A stretch of 63,698 bases of DNA, the filler included, from Reticulomyxa filosa (lineage: Eukaryota; Protista; Foraminifera), in assembly GCA_000512085.1 (NCBI GenBank). It is 26 parts of 26 records of this genome, joined end to end, with 100 filler letters (N's around TTAATTAATTAA, not from the genome) between each part and the next. Parts side by side here need not be neighbours in the genome. Positions count along the whole stretch, not along the records: positions 13,989 to 19,921 come from ASPP01025589.1; positions 20,022 to 21,858 come from ASPP01005576.1; positions 21,959 to 24,263 come from ASPP01025763.1; positions 24,364 to 25,792 come from ASPP01013586.1; 22 more parts are not named here. The stretch is one strand, 5' to 3'. The notes below the pieces were generated by a model. It saw only the letters and a list, made by a program, of their open reading frames with translations, made no database searches and was not told the origin of the DNA. This document shows, piece after piece, positions 14,805 to 25,792 of this stretch (position 1 is the first letter of the stretch; every line of letters starts with the position of its first letter). Position numbers and translations under genes: made by a program.

Positions 14805-15000
14805 ACTTCTAGTGAATTGGAATGTTTGATGGCATTGAATAACCTCACTTTTGTTGCTATTTTCAATTCCACTTTTTTAAACACATCTTCACAGTCTTTT
14901 TCTGTTTGTTTGGCAACTTCCTCCACAGACTTACAGTCTTGATCATCACAAAGCAGTTCGCACAATGCCACTGCCTGTTCCTGTTTTATTTCAACAGGTT
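14805..15000 (-). CDS. Short SAM-like helical domain fragment
   Basis: LCELLCDDQDCKSVEEVAKQTEKDCEDVFKKVELKIATKVRLFNAIK resembles a SAM fold. No start or context established. Confidence 0.3.
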
Positions 15001-15339
15001 GCGTGACTTTTTCAAGAAGGACAATATTTCAATGTAAATAGAATTCAAATAAAATCTATTTAATAAATACAAATAAAACTTCATAACAATTAGTTCTGAA
15101 ACACAAGAAAAAAAGACTAAAATGATGTGTAATCAAGCATATTTGAATATCAATAGACTATGATATTCAAATTGAAAGGTATATATTTTTTCCTAAAGAA
15201 AATATAATACTTGTTTGAGAATAAGAGACAAAGATATCATTTTATTGCAAAAAATGGAATAACCTGGTGCACTGGTTGTAAGTTCGATTTTTGTAGATTG
15301 TTCAAGGGAGTTAAAAAAAAAAATTGTTTATTTTGTATA

Positions 15340-17910
15340 GATTCATCATGGATATACTATTACAAAACTTTTTCCCTAATATGGATGAAAGAGCTATATC
15401 AGAACAAAGCTCGTATGTAATCCTGCAACAAGTGGTAAGCTACACGCTCCGAGTGATTCTGACCATTGGCCTGCAGTGGGCGTCCTCCTCTGGCTCCGAC
15501 AGATACTTTTCCTTGCGCGACGCCAAGCACTCCACCACAATGTCCGACTTTTGGAGCTTTGAACAGCACTTGGCCGTCTATCTGCAACAGCGCGACGTGA
15601 GGATGGCTAGTGGCAAAGGAATCATTTGCGACCAAGAGTTTGCCATTTATTCCAAAGGGACGGGCGTGCTTTGCACTCGTCCCAAGGCATTTCGCAAAAC
15701 CAATTTGTTGTCTCGTTCATTGGCGAGGTGTATCCTGCGTGGTGTTGGTATGAAAAGTCGGGGCGCATTCGCTGATTGGAAGAGTCACTCAACGCCGAAA
15801 AGCAGTCCGAATTTTTCAATATCACGTTGGAAAGGCACTGCGACGATCCAGAAGGCTTTATCGACTCGTCCAAAAAGGGCAATTTCGCATCGCGAATTTC
15901 CCATATGTTATATACGATTCACTTTTACATATACATACATGTATATGCATATATATATATGTGTGATACGTATACGTATGGTTAGTTTGGAGTACGCATA
16001 ACGTATACTTGATTCAAATGAGTACACTCAAAAAAAAATATATATATGTATATATGTATATATACGTATACAACAGCTGCTAACCCAACTGATCAATGGC
16101 GGTGCATGGCAAGTATGGAATGCAAGTGTACAGCATTCGCGACATCAAGTGCGGCGAGGAATTAAGCTTTGATTACAACAGCGTGACGGAGGATGAGCAA
16201 GAGTGGAAACAGGCGGTCTGCTTGTGCGGAATGAAAAGCTGTCGAGGCTATTACCTGGCGTACTCCGGGTCGGACAGCTACACGGACGTGCTGTACAAGC
16301 AATATCACGCCTTGCATCGCACTGCGGTATCATATCGAGCATGCTGTAGCAACGGTGACGGAAGCGAGTTCAACGACGACAGCAAACAAGCGCAAGACCT
16401 GTTCGTCAAGCGCAGTCTTGGCAATAGCGTCCTGCGCGGCATCCCCGTCTGGATGAAGCTGTTTTTGCTGCACATTTTGCAATACATTGAACTCGAAGAC
16501 AAACTCCTGCCTTTGGAATTGATGAAGTTGGACTTGACCAATAAATACTCTTTGAAAGACGCCGAAGAAGAGACCTTTGGAATCAAACGCACACGTATTC
16601 AAAATTTGGTGTTAACTTTGGTCTGTTTTTTATTTTTTGTTTATTATATATGTATATATGTACATATATGTATACGTATACACATATATAAAGAATAAAA
16701 CGAAGTTCTTTTTTAGAAATGGCAAAAACGCTCGCCAAATCCATATTCCACCGCTGCAAGTGCTGGAAAGTGAATTGCTTGTAAAAAAAATTGGTTTGAA
16801 AGTGACAGTGTCATTTCGCATTTGCGGGTTTGTCTTATTTCCCTCACTCCCCCTTTTTTTTTTAAAAAAATAATGTTTTGAAGAGATGTCTGAATTATGT
16901 GCTATATAGGATGCTTTGACTGTTCACTTGGGTCGTACTCATCCGCTAACAGCACGAGTTCATGAAATGAATCCTTGCCTCGCGAAAGATGTGGTTGCAA
17001 AGTCAAAGCAATACTTGGAAGAAATTCGCGACGAACTGAGGAAGCTGAAACCTACCCCTTTTGCTTATCACCACGCCGCCGCAGATTGCATCGATTTTTA
17101 TTTGCATACCAAATATTGGTTTGCAGCACACAACTACGAGTCCTTCAAATCCAAGGTGTTCACTTTGAAGGAGTTGGGTTACAACAAAGGTATGTATATA
17201 AAAAAGGGGGGGAGGGGGATCTTCGTTCGTTCATTTTTTATGCATTTACTTACAACTTAATCATTGCAACATTATATTTGTGTAAAAACCAAAAGTTGGA
17301 AATGCACCTGCGAAAAAGTATTCACCTCAATATGTGTGGGGCCAGTTGCATTTCTGGGAGCGACAGACCATTGAGCAGCCAGACGCTTCTCTGTCCAACG
17401 CACGTCGAGGGACGGTAGCACTACCGAACCTGGAGTGCTGTTATTCAAAGTCCACGCAAGAGCGTCTCACAAAACAGTACGATGAGCGCACACGTCAAGA
17501 GCTCTTGAGCCTTTTGCAATGCAAGCCTTTTAATCCGTGGACAACGCGCTGGCATTGGAACTTCAGGTATATACGTATACACATATATACATATATATAT
17601 TGTATATATATATAATTTTTTTTTTTGTGTATTTATTAATAAGAGGAGGGTCACGCATGAGCACATTGGAATGAACTTTACCAAAAAAAAAATTAGAAAT
17701 GGGAAAATGTATGGCACACCGTGGCTAGATGCTTTCATTGATGAACACGAAAAAGAAAAGGTAGACACATTTCTGAAAAACTTACAAGCAATATCGGTTC
17801 CTGGCATTGTTGATGATACGGTCCAAGAAAGTCATTCGTGTCCATCCACAAAAAAAACAGATGCGGAAGAACCACTTAGCGCTGTTTCTCCTCCTGCTTC
17901 CTCTTGTTAG
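15340..17910 (+). pseudogene. SDG2/ATXR3-like SET-domain histone methyltransferase, disrupted in its 5' half
   Basis: KGTGVLC, FIGEVYPAWCWYEK, EFFNITLERH, KGNFASRISH, GEELSFDYNSVTE...VCLCG...CRGYYL, RIQNLVLTL and KKYSPQYVWGQL..W match the SDG2 family. Lesions: frameshift at about 15700, TGA 15773-15775, TAA 16081-16083, TGA 16090-16092 and short deletions. Confidence 0.8.
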
Positions 17911-19339
17911 TCGGATGGACTTTTGTCATTGCCGTTGTGCTATGTATGCTCGCCTAGTTGTGACTATATTGATGTCGAGCTAATCCAGAGTTTGGAGGGA
18001 GGGGTTGTCTCCCTCTATATTCTATTCTAAACTTTCAACTATTGATTTTTTTTTTTTTAAACGTCAGCTCACAATTAATGTAATATTTTATGTTGTTGTT
18101 TTTCTTTTTTTTGAGAAGGAAGGAGCAGGTATTAAACTCGTTTTGTTTTTATTTAATATTGAATAGTCAATTTTCTTTAAAATTAAACTCATAGTGTAGT
18201 CAACATTGACAAACAATCATCTTTTTTTTAAGCAGACTTTTATATTCGGAAACAAGATACATTGTGGGAGGGTTGATAATAAAATATGACATAACAACGG
18301 AAAAACTTACTGAAATAAATCAAACACAGCAAAAAAAAAATGTGAAATAGTGGTTGCACCTTTCGTAAGATTAGTATACACATTTTGGTTGTTGTCAGTT
18401 TCGGCATTATTTTCAGGATTAATAAATACATATACTTTGGCTGCATTTTGCCGTATCATGCTTATGTTAGCACGGCCAATATTTTTACATGTAAATACAA
18501 ATTATTCAAAACAAATATTAAACAAATAAATAAATAATTAATTAAAGCAAAAATTTTTTAAATGTTTTTGCAAATAAATTGTAATTGATAATAGATTATT
18601 TGCCAAAATGGTCCCCAGCGGCCAGTGTTATCGCAGGGGTCATGTTTATTGGTTTGCAAAGACTCAACTGTAGTGTGCAAGGCGTCTCTGCAACAGTCAA
18701 ACGAACTTCCAGTTCGAAACCAGATCATTGAAAAGCTCACTAAAACAACATTGCAATTGTTTTGCATTTGTTTTGTTCATTTGATTTTGTTCCGATAATC
18801 ACTTATTTTCCCATGTTTTTTTTTTAAAAGGGGCCAAAATCACTCACACTATACTAACAACTCGTTTTCTTTTTTCATTATTTTTTTTTACTTTGTTCAA
18901 AGAGGGGTACCCACATTTATCGATTTCATGCCCACCTTTTTCTCACATGTTTTATTCGTTGAATAAAATGTTCTTTTTTAAAAGCATTTTCACGAATGAA
19001 ATGAGGTCTCGCTTTTCTTAGGAAAATCAATTAAAATTCATCAAGGTTACCTCTTTAAAAATTTAGAAGTCCAATTTATGGATTATTACATTTTTAATTA
19101 ATAACCATAAGTTTTGAGTACTCCAAAGAAAGAATTTTAAAGAAAAGTAATTTCATTGTGGCTGTGATTTTCGTAAAAAGAATAGTGGAAAAAAAATCAA
19201 GGGCTGCAAAAAAAAAAGCAAGAACATATTGCATACATTATTAATCAATCACTTTTTTTGTGTAGCGATCAAACTTAAAAGCCTTAACAAAAAGCTATGA
19301 CCACGTGTAGTAGTTTCACAACGACTGTCAAAATAGAGC

Positions 19340-19921
19340 AAACTGCCTTCGTGGCAGAATGTTTCAACCACTTCGGCTTCACGCCTCCTGACAAGGCACT
19401 TCCCAAGCAGTGTTTTCGCCGGGTCCTGTAGTGTTTCACCCAATCAGGAAACAAAGTGTCCAGGATGTCTTTCCATCGTTCCACAAACGCTACAAGACTT
19501 AATATCTCATCAAGCGAGCTGTTTATTCAATCGTTAAGAAAGTGCAATACAAAAAGTAAAAGTGCGAATTTTCTATAAACCACCATTTTCCCCCTTTTTT
19601 TTTTAAAAAAAAAAAAAAAAAATAGCCAAGATCTGCGAGACCTGTCTATTGCTTTTTTCATCAAAGCAGCAATATCGCCTTCACAAAATGCAATGTGAGT
19701 ATTGCATCGAAGAACGACGAAGAGAGAAAGCCAAAATAAAGAAGCTAAACGAATTGAATCCCTCAAGGCCGAGACAAAAGCACACCAGTCAGTGTTGTTA
19801 TTGCAAAAAGACGTTTATCGACTTTGGTTCAATGAATCGCCATGTCCACCGAGTTCATTTCAAAGTGTTTTGTTGTCTGCATTCGGAGTGTGGCAAAGTG
19901 TTTGGAAGTCGCTCGGATATG
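19340..19921 (+). CDS. C2H2/C2HC zinc-finger protein (partial, one intron ending at 19625)
   Basis: CPGC...HQASC, CETC...HKMQC, CCYCKKTF...MNRHVHRVH, CLHSECGKVF. Confidence 0.75.
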
Positions 19922-20118
19922 NNNNNNNNNNNNNNNNNNNNNNNNNNNNNNNNNNNNNNNNNNNNTTAATTAATTAANNNNNNNNNNNNNNNNNNNNNNN
20001 NNNNNNNNNNNNNNNNNNNNNCTCACTCGCAAAAAAAAAAAATAAATAATAAAGATGTGGTTGTATGTAATATTATTGGTAACGAACATAATGAATTACA
20101 CAATAAACACACTGACAT

Positions 20119-21497
20119 GTGACAACAGCTGTGAATGACGGATTCACGTGCGGGTGCCAAGAAGATGCTCATCAGTATTTGCAAAGTTTGCTGGATAAGT
20201 TGGACTGCGCGTATGACGCGACCATGCCAAACCAAAACAAACAGCGCAAATTCTTTAACCCGATAAAGCTGATGGAAGGCGCGATAAAGACGGATATTTT
20301 ATGTGGTGGGTGTCGTGGTCGTTCCATCGTCGAAGAGCCATTTTTTTGTTTGTCATTGTCCGCTGAAGGCACATCCACAATTGAAGAAGTTGAGAACATT
20401 CTTTTTTTATTATTATTATTATTATTTAATAAAAAAAAAAAAAAAGGAGGGGTCAGAGATAGATAGATATACAACATATGTATATGTTGTATATCATATG
20501 GACAAACAATACAAAATTATTGTATTCGTAAAAAGTATACATTTATGTCAATATTTGTCGCTAAAAAAAAAAATAAATAAAACAAAACAAAAAAGTCATT
20601 GGTGATACTGTCCCACGATGAACTGTTGCAAGGAGATGACAAATACTACTGTTCGAAATGTGAGCGCAAAAGAGTTGCGAAAAAAAAAAATGGCCATTAG
20701 TCGACTTCCGGGAATTTTGATCATTCACTTGAAACGATTTTGTGTGAAAACGTACTCGCCGCATCACGAAGAAGTCGTCATCCGAAAAATTTGTGACACA
20801 ATCGAGTTTCCAGAAATACTCGATTTTGGCGAGAAAAGTCCATACATCCATGAAGATGATCTCAATCGAATTGAAAATGGAGATCGAAAATATGAATTGT
20901 ATGCTCTTTTGGTCCATGTCGGTGATAAAGTTGACCAGGGCCATTACTATGCCATAGTTAAATCTCCTTCTGGTGATTGGTTCAAAATGAATGATTCTCA
21001 AGTCTCGCCGGTGTCAATCAAGCGGGTTTGTTATTCTTTTTTGTGTTACAAAAAAAAAGTGCATGTACCCATTTTATTTTTTTTCTCCTCCACTCTCTTC
21101 CCAGGTTTTGAAAGAACAAGCATACATTTTGTTCTATCGCCGGACAACCAACACCGAACTTGAGTATCGCTTGGCACATCTAAGTGAACAGGACAACAAA
21201 CAGAGTATCCAAAATCATGCGAATGTCAGAAACGATAAAACACTCGAAGAAAAGGACGACTCAACTCGGATCAACGACAATAAACACAATAATGCGAAAA
21301 CACACCAAGCACATCAAACACAACACAATACAACACGACAGACATCAGATGGATCAGAATATGAACAGTTTCAAAACCACACGAATGATAACGACGTCTT
21401 GATGGAGCAGATTGACACAGGCGAAGACGATAATTATGATGACGACTTATATCCAATGACGTCCTTACCTTTTTTCAAGCCTGTTCAATTTAGGTGA
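20119..21497 (+). CDS. Ubiquitin-specific protease (C19, USP36/42-like), 3' part
   Basis: QEDAHQYL box; GDDKYYCSKC; LIIHLKRF; YELYALLVHVG...GHYYAIVK...WFKMND His box; QAYILFYRR. One frameshift in the A-run at about 20680-20689. Confidence 0.88.
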
Positions 21498-21989
21498 TTC
21501 GATAAGTATTGTTTTTTTTTTTTTGTTATGCAATACTTGACCAATAGCTTGGTTAGTGATAACTTTGATGCGTAGCTTTTAATACTTTTTCATCTCAATT
21601 CACTAGTTTTTTTTACGACGATCATTATTTTTCTTAAGCTATAAACTCTGCAAACAGAAAAATGATAAAAGAAACAAGACACAGTTTGTGGATTGTGCTG
21701 GATTGCTGTTATAAGACTCGTGCAAGTGTAATACGAAAGTCATGTTTTAAAGAAAAAAACGAAAAGTGATAACGAACTAAAGCATTTGCTTATTTTGAGA
21801 ATATTTTGTAATTTTGTAGTAAACAACAAAATATTTTGAAGTTTTTTAGTTTTGATTGNNNNNNNNNNNNNNNNNNNNNNNNNNNNNNNNNNNNNNNNNN
21901 NNTTAATTAATTAANNNNNNNNNNNNNNNNNNNNNNNNNNNNNNNNNNNNNNNNNNNNCATCAATTTCTTTTCTTTGTATTTGGCATAT

Positions 21990-22628
21990 AATATACCCAA
22001 TTAAGTGTAAATGCCTCGATGAGCACGATCCAGTATTTAGTCACTAAGTTAGCATTCAATTGTACTTTATCTAATAAACTCCAAACTTCTGGTTTGTTCC
22101 AGTATTGAGCAAATTCAATACTTTGTTCAATATTTGTAAGTTTTCCAAAAGCACTTGGGTAGCTTCCAATCCTTTCTTTAATTTTTTGTAAATCAAAAAT
22201 TCTTCTTCGTGCAATTTGTACTGTTCGGAAATGCAAACCTTAGCCAAGTCAGGTTTCTACACAATTGTCCAAACGTTCAACATAGCCAGCAACACATGTA
22301 GGACCTGCCTTAATCGCGGTGATGATCAATAAATTTTGTAAATTCTTGTTATTACAGAAATTGTAATCAACTGAATTACTCAAAACGATGCGTTCCAATA
22401 ATTTGATCAATTCGTTGGGAAGATTGGCTGTCATAAAAGCTTTTACATGGCAATGTAGTGGATACCACTTGATCAATCAACGATCTTCGTTGCTCGTTTT
22501 GTTCTGCTAACACCAAAACCCACAAATCGGGATCTTGTCTTTCCACACAATATCTTGCTTGATCTTTGAAAAATTCATGTTTATTGGTAATGTTCACGAG
22601 TTCTTTATCACATTTTTCCCAGGCACAA
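21990..22628 (-). pseudogene. CLTC: Clathrin heavy chain fragment (relic)
   Basis: CDKELVNITNKHEFFKDQARYCVERQDPDLW...[13 protein letters not shown] / [22 protein letters not shown]...[13 protein letters not shown]...YVERLDN...PEVWSLL, split by frameshifts and internal deletions. Confidence 0.88.
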
Positions 22629-23643
22629 TCAAAAAAATGTAATAAAAGGCAAAACCCATTATTTGTGATGTATAATATATAATTTAGAGCTAATTGTGCA
22701 AGTTGAATTCGAGAATAACCAAAGAACACATTTTGCTTACCGACTTGCGTCTTAAAAAGTTAAAAGCAAAAAATTATTCAACTTATGAAACAAATTTATT
22801 TCAATTTCTTTTCCAAACAATGAAAGATGCAGCTTTCGATGAAATCCCCTTTTTTTTATAATTATCTCTTCCACATGATGAATGACAAAGAGATTCAATT
22901 TTACTCAAACAGTGTTTTAGGTTACAAGAATTATATTTTCTTTTTTTAAGTGAAACTAAATACAATGGAAGCAAAAAAAGGTAATGATTAATTTTACTTT
23001 GCATACTTTTCAACAATGTTTTATATAGGTCTAGAAAAAGATGAGGAAATTTATAAACAAATTAAAGATTTTTTCAAATTAGCTGTCACCGAATTACATG
23101 CTTTTTCTTAGACAAAACAAATTAGACATTGAAGACGGTATATATGTATAAAATTACATAAATAATTGCATAATAAATCTTTTCTAGTATTAATTTGTGA
23201 TATTGATAATTGTAAAATATTGCAAAAGATTACAATATTATTTTATTTATTTTCTTGTGCAATATTTTCAATGGAAGGTTGTAACAAAATTGGATAATAT
23301 TTTAATGTAAATCGATTAAGAAAATAATATTTATTGTCAAAACTTTGTTTTATAATTCCAAAACTGCTAATAATTATAAATGTTTATATTAAAATAAGAT
23401 AATATTATGTACTAATTTAATGAAATTACGAATTGCAGTTGCTTTAATGAAAAAAGTGAGACAATTTGATTTAATTACAACTGAAACAATCACCAATTTA
23501 ATATTAAATTGTATGTCCTGAAATATTATGTTGATATTGAAATGCAAGTGGTATTAAAATATTATATTAAATTAAACCATTTATTTACGAATTAATTCGA
23601 AAATGTAAACTAAATAATTCAAAAGAAGAAGATAATCAATGTC

Positions 23644-23728
23644 ATTCGTGAAAATATTTCATTTGTATTTACTTTAGATGGATTTGATGAAATATTTGAC
23701 AAGTATAATAAAAATAAAAAGTATTTTG
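23644..23728 (+). pseudogene. NACHT-type NTPase Walker B relic
   Basis: IRENISFVFTLDGFDEIFDKY (hhhhDGFDE) isolated in stop-rich AT sequence. Confidence 0.6.
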
Positions 23729-24363
23729 ATTGTCTCAGTAAAGTTACATATTAAACAAGAATATATTTAATTCAGATTCTTTTCCCTCAATTACTGTTTT
23801 TGTTTTTGTATTGAATATGAATTTTAAATTTCGGATATTACTCTCATTACAAAATCTTATATTCTTAACTCCAATTTTCAATATAATTATGTGCGCTGTT
23901 GGATTATAAGTATAACATACAAATAAGCATGTAAAATCTATTGTACTTTAATATCCTTTGAGTCATAACCTTTTCAAAGGCAATTGTACTAACACACTAA
24001 TGAAAATTATTCTAAACAATTCATATCTTCTATAGATTTGTATATAAATCTTTTTTTTGGGTCGCCGAACAAGAAGAGTTTAAACACTACAAATAATAAC
24101 TGCTAACAAAACACTTACTATCATTTCTTATCATTTGCACTTTCTTTACTGACTGACTAAAACAATTTTTCAATTTACATTTGCCTTTTTTGTATTTACA
24201 TCACAAATGACTAGAATCCAAAATAACATTTTAACTCTTTTACATTATTACTTCTGCTTGAAANNNNNNNNNNNNNNNNNNNNNNNNNNNNNNNNNNNNN
24301 NNNNNNNTTAATTAATTAANNNNNNNNNNNNNNNNNNNNNNNNNNNNNNNNNNNNNNNNNNNN

Positions 24364-25792
24364 GATTGAGATTGTCAAGGTCGTGGACAAAGTCGCTGCT
24401 CTCGGAGCCGGGAGACGGAAGTGAGGTCGGACTTTGTAGCGTCGTCGTGGTCTGTTGCATTTGCCTTCGATGTGTTTCCATTCGAAACATGGATTGCAGT
24501 TGCAATGCTCGCATTGCAACATCGATGGTTGGAAATCGTACGTGTTTGCTTGGGCTTTTCTGATGATGATGATGGTGATGATGATGATGATGACGACGAT
24601 GGTGATGGTGATGAAGTCTGGCTTCTGCTTCGTTGAAATCGCTCCACAATTGAGGTGGATGAGTAGCATGAGAGCGATCAATGGATTGGATGTTGAGTGT
24701 TATGTTGCCATTGTCGTTTACAATATCTTCAATGTCCACATTTTCATTATTGTTATTGTTATCATTACCTTTACTTGGCGTTTCAATATGCAACTCGATT
24801 CTGCTTTTCGATAGCAAATCAGGAACGACTTTATCCTTTTCAGCAAACGAGTCACTATTGGATTCGATACTGGCTTGTCTTGCAATTTGTCCAATGGCAG
24901 CCCCACCTAATCCCGTCAAATGTTTCATTTGATGATACTGTTGCATAAGTTCTTCTTCGTCATTTATTTTTCTCTCGCTGCCTTCTTCTTCTTCTTCTTC
25001 CTCCTCCTCTTCCTCCTCTTCCTCTTCTTCCTCTTCCTCTTCCTCCTCTTCTTCCTCCTCAGTTTTGCTCACTGAGTTTTCCGCTTTCGCTACCTGCGTC
25101 GTCGATGCACCCGTGCCAATGCCTCGATTCGTGGCACTATTGTGACTGACCAAACGTGGCACTGCTGCCAATTCCTTTTGCTGTTTCAACTGTTCTAACA
25201 ACTGTCGTTTTTCTTCGATTCGATCGTCGTCCTCTCTCTTTTTTATTTAAAAAAAGGGGGGGGGTGAGACTACACAGCAGATAAATAATAATAATAAAAA
25301 AAACAATGTTAACAATAGCGTATAAATAATTGACTTCAAATTCCTCCAACGCGACGGCGGCTTTGATAGCAATTTTAAAATGCTCGGCACCAGTCCAGTC
25401 AAAGGACAGGATATTGCGATAGACCTGGCGAACATCTTCGGCAAACATGCCAGGCGTCTGATACTCGTCGTTTTGCAATTTTTCTTTGACAGTGCCCAAA
25501 TGCTCCGGCTCTTTGTAGTGCTGCTTCCACTTTGGGATTTTCAACAGATTGATCGGCAATGGCTGCGACATGTAATAGCACCTCGGGTCTCGCATCATTT
25601 TGTCCAACACATTGCCTAGCTCCGCCTTCAGTTCCAACGACATTACTTTTCGAGGAGGTGGCGGGGGGCCCGTCACCACTCCGCTGAAGAAATTGTCGTC
25701 ACTGTGTGCACTACTAAATGACAATGAGTCCTTGCGATCCGTTTTGCCATTTGTGTTTGTGTTTGCATTTGCATTTGTATTTGTATTTGTAT
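24364..25792 (-). CDS. Atypical bromodomain protein with poly-Glu and poly-His tracts (partial, intron at about 25231-25334)
   Basis: LDKMMRDPRCYYMSQPL...KEPEHLGTVKEKLQNDEYQTPGMFAEDVRQVYRNILSFD follows the bromodomain pattern. The next exon contains a long Glu run and a His run. Confidence 0.78.

Noticed and set aside
15773-16092. Stop-codon reassignment or selenocysteine (TGA at a Cys position, TAA at a likely Gln position) in the SET gene
   Set aside because: The same region has frameshifts and deletions. Intact genes here terminate normally at TAA (Rab2, YIPF6) and TGA (Derlin, Pol alpha) and contain no internal stops.
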